Translations under genes and position numbers: made by a program
In this document: positions 1 through 10,989 of the stretch, piece after piece
Numbering within the stretch: position 1 is the stretch's first letter
How the letters are laid out: the number at the start of each line of letters is the position of its first letter
The notes under the pieces: model-generated
Databases searched by the model: none
Seen by the model: the letters and a program-made list of their open reading frames with translations, nothing else
Told to the model about the DNA's origin: nothing
Origin: Spirochaetia bacterium
Lineage (GTDB): Bacteria; Spirochaetota; Spirochaetia; UBA9216
Reading direction: 5' to 3'
Length of the DNA stretch: 64,000 nt
NCBI GenBank assembly: GCA_963675665.1
Contig: OY776510.1
Location: 1,728,001 to 1,792,000, forward strand

Positions 1-1
1 A

Positions 2-1465
2 GCATTAACCGCGATAACTGACGGTTTGGTAAGTGCCGGATTCATTGGTGAAGAAGCTTTCCTTCAGGAACTGAAAAGTAAAAAGTCAGAATGGGAAAAG
101 AAAACAGTATCCGGGGCGATAGCGGATAAGACAGCGGAGCCGGTGGCGCCGATAGCTTTTGCGAAAGAATTTGAGAAGGTACTATCTGAGAACAGTGTTT
201 TAGCGGTAGACGCGGGAAATCCCGGGGCATGGACGCATATAATAAAATTTCCGAAAGGAACTTCCTATATGAAGCCGGTAAATTTTGGGAACATGGGTTT
301 TGCTCTTCCGGCTGCCTTGGGGGCAAAGGCTGCTGCACCGGAAAAAGAAGTAATAGCGTTGTTGGGTGACGGGTCGCTTGGAATGACTCTGACGGAACTG
401 GAAACAGTGGCCCGGGAGAAACTAAATATCATAATACTTGTATTGAATGATGATGCGTATGGAAATATCAGGCAGGAAGAGCTTTTTAAGACCGGAAAGG
501 AACGGTACATAGGAGTTGATTTCACTCGGGTTGATTATGTGGATGTAGCAAAGGCGCTTGGATTGTGCAGTTATGAAGAAATAAAGAAGGTAAACCCTAA
601 AATAATTATGGCAAGCATATCAGGTTTTGGTCAGACGGGTCCCTATGCAGAACGTCCCGGATATGATGCGGTGGCGCAGGCGATGAGCGGGCTAATGTCG
701 TTAACCGGGCAGTCCGATGGCCCACCGACCTTAGGCGGAACTTTCTATATTGACTTTATTACTGCAATGTATTCGACGATTGGAATATTGTCTGCGTTGA
801 AAGAAAGAGATGTTACAGGCAAAGGCCAGCATATAGATTTAACCCTTCTTGATAGCGCTGTTTCTGTATTGTTAACAGCTATTCCGGCTAAGGTATTATG
901 TAATGAAACGATGGGGAGAGTAGGAAATAGAGATAGATATTCTGCTCCTGCTAATGCTTTTAAAACAAAAGACGGGGATTGGGTTATATTAATTGCGGGT
1001 ACTGATCAACATTTTAAACGTTTTGCTAAAATTGCAGAGCTTGAATATCTATTGGATGATATTAGGTTTTCTACCCATGATAGCAGACTGAAATATTCTG
1101 ATGAAATCGAAAGCATTGTAAGTGATTGGGTTTCAAAATTTACAACCGAGCAGATAATCGAAATGGCTTCTAAAGCTGAAATAACCTGTTCAAAAGTAGC
1201 TACGATAGATGATGTTATAAATAATCCTCAGCTAAAATATAGAAAAAAGATAATTAATATAGAGCATCAGAAAATGGGCACTGTTCCTATGGTGGAATTC
1301 CCAATTAATTTTTCAGATAATCCCTTTGTAGAAAAACGACCTGCTCCAATCCTCGGAGAACATAGTAAAGAGATTCTTCAGGAATTTCTGGGATTTGACT
1401 CTGCTAAAATTAGAGCACTGGAAGAATCCGGTATTATTCAAATTTCAGGAACGATTCATGAATAG
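2..1465 (+). pseudogene. Chimeric ORF: C-terminal part of a TPP-dependent (acetolactate synthase-like) enzyme fused in frame to an N-terminally truncated CaiB/BaiF family III CoA-transferase; 5' end lies outside the window
   Basis: Frame is open from base 2. TPP motifs GNMGFALPAALG and GDGSLGM...NDDAYGNI run up to AKALGL, then CaiB motifs SYEEIKKVNPKIIMASISGFGQTGPY, GYDAVAQAMSG and APILGEHS follow. Junction at about 560-570. Confidence 0.75.
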
Positions 1466-2375
1466 TAATGGGATAACAAAAAGGAAAGATAAATGTCTCA
1501 GTATCAAAGATGCTGTGAAATATATAAAAAATGGAGACAGGATTGCTTTTGGAGGATTTGCTGTTTATCAACGACCAATGGCATTTGTTCATGAAATAAT
1601 CAGAGCAGAAATAAAAGATTTAAGAGTAGTAGGTGTTGTTAATGCAAATGAAGTCGATTTACTTGCCGGAGCAGGTTGTATATCAGAAATCGAAACATCA
1701 TATGTAGGTTTGGAAAAATTTGGGTTGGCAAGAAATTTTCGCAGGAAAGTTGAAGACAACAGTGTAAAAGTTTTTGAATATTCAGAACTTATGAGTTGGG
1801 ACAGATTCAGGGCTTCTCAGGAAGGGTTGCCGTATTGGCCGTCATATTATGTTGGAGGTTCTGATCTCTTAAAATATAATAAAGATATTAAACAATTTAC
1901 ATGTCCGATTACAGGCAAAAAAAGCTGGGCAATACCGGCAGCAGATCCGGATGTCGTTGTAATCCATGCGGCTGTAGGTGATAAATACGGGAATATACAA
2001 ATACCTCTTCGTCATATGCTGCCTCAGAGTTTAAATATTACATTATCACGTTCATGTTCAAAAGTTATAGTTACGTTAGAAAGAATTGTAGATACAGATG
2101 TGGTTAAAAGTAATCCGCATCTTACACTTATACCGGCATTTAAACCTCTTTGTGTGGTTGAAATCCCCTGGGGCGCTCATCCGACAGGGGTGTTGGGAGA
2201 ATATAATGTTGATGAAAATCATTTAACAGAATATGTAGAATCTTCTAAAACAGAGAGCGGATTTAAAAAGTATTTGGATAAGTATATTTACGGTTGTGAA
2301 GATTTTGATGGATATTTGAAAAAGATTGGGAAAGAGAACCTTAATAAAATAATTGATAGTGGAGACGTTTGTTAG
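1458..2375 (+). CDS. Family I CoA-transferase subunit A (glutaconate CoA-transferase GctA-like)
   Basis: DAVKYIKNGDRIAFGGF, RPMAFVHEIIR, PDVVVIHA..GDKYGN, PWGAHPT; ATG 1458 overlaps the upstream stop. Confidence 0.85.
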   Translation: MNSNGITKRKDKCLSIKDAVKYIKNGDRIAFGGFAVYQRPMAFVHEIIRAEIKDLRVVGVVNANEVDLLAGAGCISEIETSYVGLEKFGLARNFRRKVEDNSVKVFEYSELMSWDRFRASQEGLPYWPSYYVGGSDLLKYNKDIKQFTCPITGKKSWAIPAADPDVVVIHAAVGDKYGNIQIPLRHMLPQSLNITLSRSCSKVIVTLERIVDTDVVKSNPHLTLIPAFKPLCVVEIPWGAHPTGVLGEYNVDENHLTEYVESSKTESGFKKYLDKYIYGCEDFDGYLKKIGKENLNKIIDSGDVC

Positions 2376-2377
2376 CT

Positions 2378-3196
2378 ATGGAAAAATATTCTATTGAAGA
2401 ATTATTAACTGTAAATATTGCAAGAACTATTAAAGATGGAGAGATTGGTTTTACCGGTTTAGCTACAGGAAGTGCCGCTTCAATGTACATAACAGCAATA
2501 CCGTTAGCCGCTATGGTATTAGCGCAGAATATGCATGCTCCTAACCTGACAATTCTGCTGGCTGGTTGGATTCATAATCCGGATTTAAGTAAATTAACTT
2601 CTTTACCTGATTCAGAATTTGCTTCGGAGTTATTGAACCTGTCGTGTGAGGCCCAGATGATGGATTATCCGGGGCCATGGTCCCACCGAAGGGGAGATGT
2701 GAATTTCGGTTTTGGTTCAGGAGTGCAGGTGGACGTAGAAGGCAATATTAATAGTGCATGTATTGGAGGTTTTAATAAACCAAAATTATGGCTTGTCGGA
2801 TCAATTCTGTTACCAAAACATATGGCTCTTTTCGGCAGAGAATATATTATGATGCCGCACCATGATAAACGTAATTTTGTTGAAAAAGTAGATTATATTT
2901 CTGGTGTTGGTTATCCGGGTGGTCGAGATGGAAGAAAAGAGCTTGGGATGGAAACAGGCGGCCCCGAATATATTTATACTCCCAAATGCGTTTTTAGTTT
3001 TAAGAAAAAAACCGGATGAATTTATGTTAAATCAATACATAAAGGAATTACAAAAGAAGAGTTAAAGGATAACACAGGCTTTGAATTAGGAGATCTAAAC
3101 AATATTCCTGTAACCGATGAACCAACGGCAAAAGAATTGGAAATTATAAGGGAAGTTGTAGATCCCAGAGGAATATTATTTAAAAGAGAGATGTAA
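2378..3196 (+). pseudogene. Family I CoA-transferase subunit B (GctB-like) interrupted by an in-frame TGA at 3017-3019
   Basis: GSGVQVDVEGNIN and RNFVEKVDYISGVGY motifs; after the TGA the same frame continues IYVKSIHKGITKEELKDNTGFEL...EPTAKELEIIREVVDPRG to TAA 3194-3196, the usual GctB tail. Confidence 0.8.
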
Positions 3197-3375
3197 ATAT
3201 CAGGAAGCGTATAGACATTAGGGAGAAAATAACAATTAAGGTTATAGCTAAGAATTGTTTCTAGTATTTTGAGAACCGTCACACAATAATTGCCTGTCAG
3301 GTGCCATGCATCCAAGCAATCAATAGTCGTATTTTATAATACAATAGTAATACATGTCATGGAATGAAAAAGTAT

Positions 3376-3404
3376 TTGACAATATAATATACTCATTGTA
3401 TTCT
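3376..3404 (+). promoter_or_regulatory. Sigma70-type promoter for the ABC operon
   Basis: TTGACA-17bp-TATTCT with TG extension. Confidence 0.55.
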
Positions 3405-3660
3405 GATTGTATCATCAAAAATAATATTTTGGTGTGACAGAATAGTACAAAGATAGACAATTGGTTGCCAAAGTTATGGAAGGACAAACACTTAGTGTAG
3501 TTGATGCTATTTAAGATACAAACCAGGGTCATACTTACCTGCCATGAAAACGTAACATTTTGTGCGGCGTAAGGAATGGGGGAGTGACGAGAGCACTGGG
3601 AATATCTGGCAATAACAGGCACGCGAGTCGAATGAGACTTATATGAAGGAGGTGAATAGG

Positions 3661-5172
3661 ATGGACAATAAAGAAAAAATATTAGAGTTGATTAATATCA
3701 ATAAATATTTTCCTGGAGTTAGAGCTTTAGAAAATGTTTCATTAACTGTAAATAAAGGTGATGTCCATGGAATAATCGGTGAAAACGGAGCCGGGAAGTC
3801 AACTTTAATGAAAATACTTGCTGGAGCAATAAAAAAGGATTCAGGTGAAATAAAGATTGAAGGAGACTATAAAGAGTTTGAAAAACCAATTGATGCATTT
3901 GATTCAGGTGTTGGAATTATTTATCAGGAATTAGAATTAATTAGACAATTTACCGCTGTTGAGAATTTTTTTCTTGGACGATGGAAGAAAACAAAATTAG
4001 GATTAGTAGATTGGGCCGGGATGAGGAAAGAGGTAGAAGAGTTTTATAAAAAATGGGATATATCGATTAACTTAAATGTTCCGGTTAAAGAAATAAGTAT
4101 TGCTCAATGCCAATTAATAGAAATAACCAAAGCAGTTTTTAATAAATCAAAAATAGTTATTATGGATGAACCTACAAGTTCACTTACCGACAAAGAGGTA
4201 GGTGTATTATTTGAGCTCATTAGAAATCTGAAAAAGAATGGTATAACGGTTTTATATATATCACATAAGTTAGAAGAAATTTTTGAAATTTGTGACAAAG
4301 TCTCAATATTTAAAGATGGTAAGAATGTTGCTGATTATGATATCGGTTCGGTTACAAAAGATCTGCTTGTCAAAGGTATGGTCGGACGCGAATTAAAAAA
4401 CTATTACCCGGAACGTGAAGGAAAAATTAGTAATGTGGTTTTAGAAGTTAAAAATTTGTCCAGTCAACAGGGAGTTAAGAATGTAAGTTTCAAAGTCAGG
4501 AAAGGCGAAATTCTAGGTTTCGCCGGTTTAGTCGGGGCTGGTAGAACAGAAACGATGAAGGCTTTGTTTTGTGCGGATAGACCAACAGATGGCGAAATTT
4601 TTATTGATGGTAAGAAAGTGAAAATAGGGAAACCAAAAGATGCAATAAACAATGGAATGGCATTCGCTACAGAGGATAGACGATATGAAGGATTAGTTTT
4701 ATGTCGAAGTTGTTCAGAGAATATTACTTTAGCCAATTTTCAGAGCATATCAAATTTATTCGGAATAATTGATTTAAAGAAGGAGGATGAAATAGCAAAA
4801 AAATATAAAAAGTCTTTGTCAATTAAAATGTCTTCTACAAATGTGAGAGCAGAGAATTTAAGCGGTGGTAATCAGCAAAAGCTTGTAATAGCCAAATGGT
4901 TAAATACGAATGTAAAGATTTTTATATTTGATGAACCGACTAGAGGGATTGATGTCGGTGCAAAATCTGAAATTTATAAAATCATGCGAGCGCTTGCCAG
5001 AAACGGAGCAGCAGTAATTATGGTTTCATCTGAATTGCCTGAAATACTTGGCGTAAGTGACAGGATCATAGTTATGAGCAACGGAGAGATTGTAGGTGAT
5101 TTGGATGCAATGAAAGCAACTGAGGAGAGTATTATGTCCTACGCTATAGGAGGGGGTGAAAATGAAGATTAA
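3661..5172 (+). CDS. Sugar ABC transporter ATP-binding protein (RbsA/MglA type, two ATPase domains)
   Basis: GENGAGKSTL, MDEPTSSL, LSGGNQQK, FDEPTRGIDVGAK; AGGAGG RBS before ATG 3661. Confidence 0.95.
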   Translation: MDNKEKILELININKYFPGVRALENVSLTVNKGDVHGIIGENGAGKSTLMKILAGAIKKDSGEIKIEGDYKEFEKPIDAFDSGVGIIYQELELIRQFTAVENFFLGRWKKTKLGLVDWAGMRKEVEEFYKKWDISINLNVPVKEISIAQCQLIEITKAVFNKSKIVIMDEPTSSLTDKEVGVLFELIRNLKKNGITVLYISHKLEEIFEICDKVSIFKDGKNVADYDIGSVTKDLLVKGMVGRELKNYYPEREGKISNVVLEVKNLSSQQGVKNVSFKVRKGEILGFAGLVGAGRTETMKALFCADRPTDGEIFIDGKKVKIGKPKDAINNGMAFATEDRRYEGLVLCRSCSENITLANFQSISNLFGIIDLKKEDEIAKKYKKSLSIKMSSTNVRAENLSGGNQQKLVIAKWLNTNVKIFIFDEPTRGIDVGAKSEIYKIMRALARNGAAVIMVSSELPEILGVSDRIIVMSNGEIVGDLDAMKATEESIMSYAIGGGENED

Positions 5173-6130
5173 GGAATATGCAGTATCTATTGAAAATAAA
5201 AAATTTAATACCAAAGATTTTTATAAAAAATATGGAATTTTAATTGTACTTGTAATGTTGATTATTATAGCCGGTATTATCGAACCCATATTTCTAAGTT
5301 CAAAGAATGTACTTAATGTATTGAGACAAGCATCTATAAATGGAATTTTAGCAATAGGAATGACATATGTAATTCTTAGTGGCGGAATAGATCTTAGTCA
5401 GGGCTCCATTGTTGGGCTTTGTGGAATGATTGTAGTTATGCTAATGCCGGAAATCGGAATGATTCCTGCTATAATAATAGCATTAATTTGTGGTTCACTG
5501 ATTGGTGTTTTAAATGGATTTTGTATTCATAATAATGTTCCAGCATTCATTATGACTTTAGCAGGATTAACTTCTATTAGAGGGGTTGCATATTATATTT
5601 CAAATGGACAGCCTTATTCAGCAACAAATGAAGCGTATACTTTAATAGGTCAGAGTTCATTACTACATATACCTATGCCTGTTATTATTTTTATAATAGT
5701 AGTTATTTTAGGCTATTTTATAGCTAATAGAACCACTTTCGGGAGATCGGTATATGCTATAGGGGGCAGTGAAGAAGCTTCACGACTTTCCGGAATAAAT
5801 TTACTTAAAACAAGGATAATTGTATATACGATCTCAGGATTTTTATCAGCATTAGCTGCGATTGTTTTAACTTCAAGATTATATTCATGTGATCCAACTA
5901 TTGGTGAAGGTTATGAGCTTGATGCAATTACAGCTGCTGTAATTGGCGGGACAAGTATGTCGGGAGGCGAAGGTAGTGTTCTAAAGACTGTAATAGGAGT
6001 TCTCATTCTTGGGATTCTTTCTAATATTTTAAATTTATTAGGTATAAGTCCATATATTCAGGAAATTGTAAAAGGTTTAATTATTTTCATTGCTGTAGCA
6101 GCGGATACCTGGAAAAAGGAAAAAATATAA
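5162..6130 (+). CDS. Sugar ABC transporter permease (RbsC type)
   Basis: GGIDLSQGS, FGRSVYAIGGSEEASRLSGI, YELDAITAAVIGGTSMSGG. Confidence 0.95.
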   Translation: MKIKEYAVSIENKKFNTKDFYKKYGILIVLVMLIIIAGIIEPIFLSSKNVLNVLRQASINGILAIGMTYVILSGGIDLSQGSIVGLCGMIVVMLMPEIGMIPAIIIALICGSLIGVLNGFCIHNNVPAFIMTLAGLTSIRGVAYYISNGQPYSATNEAYTLIGQSSLLHIPMPVIIFIIVVILGYFIANRTTFGRSVYAIGGSEEASRLSGINLLKTRIIVYTISGFLSALAAIVLTSRLYSCDPTIGEGYELDAITAAVIGGTSMSGGEGSVLKTVIGVLILGILSNILNLLGISPYIQEIVKGLIIFIAVAADTWKKEKI

Positions 6131-6242
6131 TTATCAATAGTTTGTTTATAATTTTTCAATGAAATTGAAAAATATTATTCATCAAGGAGGATAAAAGATG
6201 AATTATTTAAGCATTAAGAAAATTAAGAGAAGGAGGATGACA

Positions 6243-7196
6243 ATGCAGAGGCCGCTTAAAAGAATCTTGATTTTAGCCGCTCTATTTACTGTTGTTATCT
6301 ATAGTGGTTTTTGTGCAGGCACACAAGAAAGCAATTCTGAAGATAAAGTTGTTATTGGATTTGCTCAATCTCGTCTGAATCACCCTTATCGAGTTGCTGG
6401 TGTAGAACAGTTCAAAGAAGCAGTAACCTCTAACGGGTTTGATTGGGAAGTTATTGTTAGTGACGGACAAAATGATACTGCAAAACAAACAGCAGATGTT
6501 GAGGATATGATAGTACGAGATGTAGATGTTATAGTATTAAGTCCTATTTCAGCAGAAGCTCTTACACCAGTCGCAAAAAAAGTAATGGAAGCTGGTATTC
6601 CGCTCATACTCCTGGATCGTACTATATCGACAGATGATTATACGGTATTCATTGGCGGTGATAATAGAATGATTGGAGAAATAACAGCTGAAGAAATAGC
6701 TAAAAAAGCAAACGGGAAAGAAGTTAAAATTGTTCAATTACAGGGAACGCTTGGGGCATCTGCTACAGTTGATAGGGATGCTGGATTCAAAGATACGATA
6801 AAGAAATATCCGAATTTGGATTTAGTATATGATTTTTCAGCAAAATATGATCGTGCAACTGCTTTAGATGTAATGGAAGATGTTTTACAGAAAGAACAAG
6901 ATATTTTTGCAGTATATTGCCATAATGATTCAATGGCAATGGGCGCGATGACAGCCATTACTGCAGATGAAATAGACGATGTTCTTATTTATGGTGCAGA
7001 TGGGACAAAAGAGATTTTTAATGAAATTAAGAAAGGTACTGTAGCAGGAACCTGTGTTTATCCTACAGGGGCAAAAGAGGCTGTAGATATTATAGCAGAA
7101 ATTTTGCAGGGAAATGAAGTAAATAAGAAATACAGCGTAGATGTACCATATGTAAATATAGATAATGTTGACGCATTATTTGATCTCGGAATATAA
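6243..7196 (+). CDS. Sugar ABC substrate-binding protein (RbsB type)
   Basis: Signal peptide, DGQNDTAKQ, GIPLILLDR, HNDSMAMGA; AGGAGG RBS at 6231. Confidence 0.9.
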   Translation: MQRPLKRILILAALFTVVIYSGFCAGTQESNSEDKVVIGFAQSRLNHPYRVAGVEQFKEAVTSNGFDWEVIVSDGQNDTAKQTADVEDMIVRDVDVIVLSPISAEALTPVAKKVMEAGIPLILLDRTISTDDYTVFIGGDNRMIGEITAEEIAKKANGKEVKIVQLQGTLGASATVDRDAGFKDTIKKYPNLDLVYDFSAKYDRATALDVMEDVLQKEQDIFAVYCHNDSMAMGAMTAITADEIDDVLIYGADGTKEIFNEIKKGTVAGTCVYPTGAKEAVDIIAEILQGNEVNKKYSVDVPYVNIDNVDALFDLGI

Positions 7197-7212
7197 ATTC
7201 AGTATTATCTGT

Positions 7213-7252
7213 AATTTGTGTAGGGGAATTTTACCATTCCCTACACAAATAT
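7213..7252 (+). terminator. Stem-loop / intrinsic terminator after the binding-protein gene
   Basis: ATTTGTGTAGGG(G)AAT...ATTCCCTACACAAAT inverted repeat. Confidence 0.6.
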
Positions 7253-7569
7253 TGTGTCATAGAATATGTGTTTCTTTCTGTATGGACTATCGCTGCTGGT
7301 CGGTTAAAATAAAAAATTGCTATTAATTACTTGAAATTATAAGTAACCTTTTTTTATGGAAGTCTTTAAGAAGAAAGGAATTATATGTATGGAGAAGTAT
7401 AACACTTTCATGAATTTTTTAAGTAGTCATATTTCACGATGTATTTTGGAATCCGAGCATTTCCAAATGAAAAATCTATTCAAGTTAATGCTTTATTCTT
7501 GTTTTAAATTGTATAAAAAAGCGATATGAATTCAGGTACAAAAAGAATACATCAATGGGAGGTTATTAT

Positions 7570-8763
7570 ATGAGCAAAAAGGCTCTAGAGGGGATTAAAG
7601 TAATCGATCTTTCGCGGGTCATTGCCGGTCCTAACTGCACTATGATTCTTGGAGACCTAGGGGCCGAAATCATCAAGATTGAGAAAAAGGGAGAAGGAGA
7701 TATTAGTCGGGGTTATGAACCATTTTATAAAGGGGAGTCTACATATTTCATGACCTACAATCGTAATAAAAAGAGTGTTACTCTAGATTTCAGGCATGAG
7801 AAGGCGGTTGAGGTGCTTGAAAAGCTAATAGTAAATGCTGATGTCTTAGTAGAGAACTTCAAAGCAGGTACTCTTGAAAAGATGGGCCTTTCTCCGGAAA
7901 GACTGCTAGAACTGAATCCCCGTATTGTCATCACAAGGATATCAGGTTTCGGGCAGACTGGTCCGTATATGAATAGAGCATGTTTTGACGCGGTAGCACA
8001 GTCGTTGAGCGGTCTTATGGATATCACCGGAGAGCCAAAAGGAAATCCAGTCATGGTGGGGACTTATGTCTGTGACCTGATGGCCGGTGTATATGCCGCA
8101 GTCGGGACGCTTGCCGCGCTCAATTCGCGAAATAGTACCTGTAAAGGTCAAGTTGTAGATGTCGCTCTGCTTGATGCGGCGAGTGCGATGACACATTCGG
8201 CAATACTTAACTATTTCATGCTGGGATTAGTTATGGAGAGAAATGGCAACCAGGATAGGGCGGCGTGGCCTGCTAATTTTTACACCACTCGTGATGGCCG
8301 TATGGTGTTTATTCACGCTGGTCAAGACCCCGCATTTGCAAATCTTTGTAAAATACTAGGACGTGAGGATCTTTTAGAAAACGATGAATACAAATTTCTT
8401 TCAAACCGTAAGAAACATATAGATGAATGCGATACACTGGTACGTTCTTGGACGATGCAGAACGATCTGGAATTTATATTGGAAACATGCGAGAAAAGTG
8501 GACTACCGTGTGCGCCGGTAAATTCTATAGAGGAAATGATACATAACGAACAACTGATTTCAAGGCAGATGATTCGCGATGTTGAAGATGATAAATTCGG
8601 TACTATCAAGGCTAGTGGCCCGGTAATAAAAATGTCTGATACCAACCCCGATGTATATCGGCACGCTCCGCGTCTTGGCGAGGATAACCTTGAAGTTTAT
8701 ATGAAGGAGCTATGTATCACACGCGTGGAGTATGAGGAGCTTGTAAGCAGCGGCGCAATCTGA
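7570..8763 (+). CDS. CaiB/BaiF family III CoA-transferase (intact)
   Basis: LEGIKVIDLSRVIAGP, NRNKKSVTLD, ENFKAG, SGFGQTGPY, FDAVAQSLSG. Confidence 0.93.
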   Translation: MSKKALEGIKVIDLSRVIAGPNCTMILGDLGAEIIKIEKKGEGDISRGYEPFYKGESTYFMTYNRNKKSVTLDFRHEKAVEVLEKLIVNADVLVENFKAGTLEKMGLSPERLLELNPRIVITRISGFGQTGPYMNRACFDAVAQSLSGLMDITGEPKGNPVMVGTYVCDLMAGVYAAVGTLAALNSRNSTCKGQVVDVALLDAASAMTHSAILNYFMLGLVMERNGNQDRAAWPANFYTTRDGRMVFIHAGQDPAFANLCKILGREDLLENDEYKFLSNRKKHIDECDTLVRSWTMQNDLEFILETCEKSGLPCAPVNSIEEMIHNEQLISRQMIRDVEDDKFGTIKASGPVIKMSDTNPDVYRHAPRLGEDNLEVYMKELCITRVEYEELVSSGAI

Positions 8764-8843
8764 GTACAAAATAAAAAACAAAGAAACTATTTTAAAAAAT
8801 CGTCAATAATGTATTAATAATTTGTAGCGATGAAGCAATAAAA

Positions 8844-9881
8844 ATGCAAAAGAAAAGGAAATTAGCAATGGAACTTAAAAATTCAAGCATGGATAAAACT
8901 TGGAGAGATATAACCGATCCCAGGAGGGCTGAAACTGTGGATGATCTTGAAGCAGGCCTCAAGGAACCCGAATTCGAGAATCTGGAGATACCTGAGCATC
9001 TCGGCCCTATAAGTATTATAATTGATGACCACAAGGTCAAACGCTACTCTTTTGAAATTGACGATTATTCTCCGTGGTCGCTTGAGAAGAGTCCGTTCTT
9101 TGACGGGCAACGGATTGCGCAGGCTGGATTGCTTACGAACGATCTTTTACAGTTATTCACCTTGGTATACAGAGGAAGTCATGTGATCGGACTTCACACC
9201 GAAGAACAGATCTGGTTTGAAAACCCTGCAAAAATTGATGAGAAGATAGTACTGGATGGAGAGTATACAGAATCTTATATAAGTCGCGGACAAGGATATG
9301 TGGTAATGAATGCTTTGGCGAAGGGGGAAGACGGTCGTGTGATAGTGCGTCACAGGGGAGTGGAGATATTAAAAACGATACCGGGTAATATTGCAGGACG
9401 CTCGAGTACAGTGCCGGACGATCGCGTAACTGGAGAAATAGAAGAAGGAGCCCGTTTTATAGATAAAGCGTTCGATGATATAAAACAGGAAGATGCTCTA
9501 TATCCTGTGAATAAGGTCATAACTGCTGAGCAGGCGGCTGTGTTTTCAAGAGTGGGAGAGTTCGTTACCAATATACATAATAATCTTGAGAAGGCTAGGG
9601 AAGGAAACCTTCGAATGCCAATTGTTCAGGGCGCGCAGATGTTCTGTACATTGACACAGGTGCTAACGGGATTTTTTGGAAAGGATTTTTTCACCAGCGG
9701 ATGGTTGAGGACTAAATTCCTGGCGCCTGTGAAAGTATTTGAACCATTTAAAATATCTGGCCGTGTGACCGGAATAAAAGATCGTGAAAATGGGAAGAAA
9801 AAGGTGTCTCTTGAGGTGTGGATTAGACGTAGCAGCGATGAAAGACTTGCTGTGATCGGATGGGCAAGCTGTGAGATTTAA
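8844..9881 (+). CDS. Double hot-dog fold (MaoC-like dehydratase/thioesterase) protein
   Basis: Two MaoC-like halves: LHTEEQIWFENPAKIDE and NIHNNLEKARE...PIVQG...KFLAPVKVFE. Confidence 0.6.
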   Translation: MQKKRKLAMELKNSSMDKTWRDITDPRRAETVDDLEAGLKEPEFENLEIPEHLGPISIIIDDHKVKRYSFEIDDYSPWSLEKSPFFDGQRIAQAGLLTNDLLQLFTLVYRGSHVIGLHTEEQIWFENPAKIDEKIVLDGEYTESYISRGQGYVVMNALAKGEDGRVIVRHRGVEILKTIPGNIAGRSSTVPDDRVTGEIEEGARFIDKAFDDIKQEDALYPVNKVITAEQAAVFSRVGEFVTNIHNNLEKAREGNLRMPIVQGAQMFCTLTQVLTGFFGKDFFTSGWLRTKFLAPVKVFEPFKISGRVTGIKDRENGKKKVSLEVWIRRSSDERLAVIGWASCEI

Positions 9882-10182
9882 GGATGGATGTTAATAAAGT
9901 AATTATCAGTTTGTAAATTGATAAACTGACCGAAATTCAAGTTTTCATATCAGTGGATATTCTTATTGTCAGTTATATAGTACATAATGATCTTTTTCCT
10001 AAAACTGACTCCGGAATATGTTAGGAAATTGAAAACCTGTGTTAAAACTTAGCGGGAGACGAGATGAAAGGATCAGTAATTGCATTTAGCAATGGCTGTA
10101 TTCTTTTAGAGTTTTTTCGGATATTTTAGCTTGTTTACAATGTCAGAATTGATATCAGAATTGAAGATTTTTCTTAAAATGT

Positions 10183-10917
10183 GAGCCTGTAAATACTTTT
10201 GTGTAACTGCAATTTTTTTTCATCGATGAATCGTTCTCCGTATTCAATCTGAAAGCGGTTCATCGCTGGTTTCCATTCTCGAAGCGGCATAGTCCATTTC
10301 TTGGATGCCTGTTGAACAGCTAAATATATCACTTTAAAGGCGGATTTGTCATTCGGGAATATCCGCCGGTTTTTTATCGCTTTTCTAATTACGCTGTTTA
10401 GTGATTCAATGGCGTTTGTTGTATAGATGATTTTTGTGATTTCATCCGGATAGTCAAATATGGCAATCAGGTTATCCCAATTGCGCCGCCAGATTTTACT
10501 GATTGATGCGTAACGGGAATCCCATTTTTTTTCAAATCGGGTGAGTTCATTCTCAGCATCATCTAAGGTTATTGATGAGTAAATCTGTTTGAGATCACCG
10601 GCCAACTCTTTCCGGTCTTTATAAGAAACATACTTCAGCGAGTTTCTGACCATGTGAACGATGCAGAGCTGTATTTTTGCTTTCGGGTATACAGCATTTA
10701 TAGCCTCTGGGAAACCAGTTAAACCATCAACGCTGAAGATGAAGACATCTTTAACACCACGGGTTTGAAGTTCAGTTAAAACACCCATCCAGAATTTTGC
10801 ACCTTCATTTTCAGATATCCAGAGCCCCAATAATTCTTTAAATCCTTCGGTGTTAACACCTAAGGCCAGATATACTGCTTTTTTGATAACTCTTTTATCC
10901 TGATGAACCTTAATTCC
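10183..10917 (-). mobile_element. IS256-family element remnant (3' part of transposase plus one terminal IR), truncated by IS66
   Basis: KVHQDKRVIKKAVYLALGVNTEGFKELLGLW...DGLTGF...QLCIVHMVRNS...YTTNAIESLN; terminal IR GAGCCTGTAAATACTTTTGTGTAAC at 10183; coding frame breaks at the IS66 left end. Confidence 0.9.
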
Positions 10918-10989
10918 GTAACCGTCAAAACAACCGCACCTTATGTTGAACTCTGAAATCTATTAAACTCCGGGAAGCTGGAGGAAATA

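Noticed and set aside
3197-3660. Riboswitch or ncRNA in the long leader upstream of the first ABC operon
   Set aside because: No recognisable aptamer consensus or terminator; the minus-strand ORFs here look spurious. An Rfam scan would be needed.
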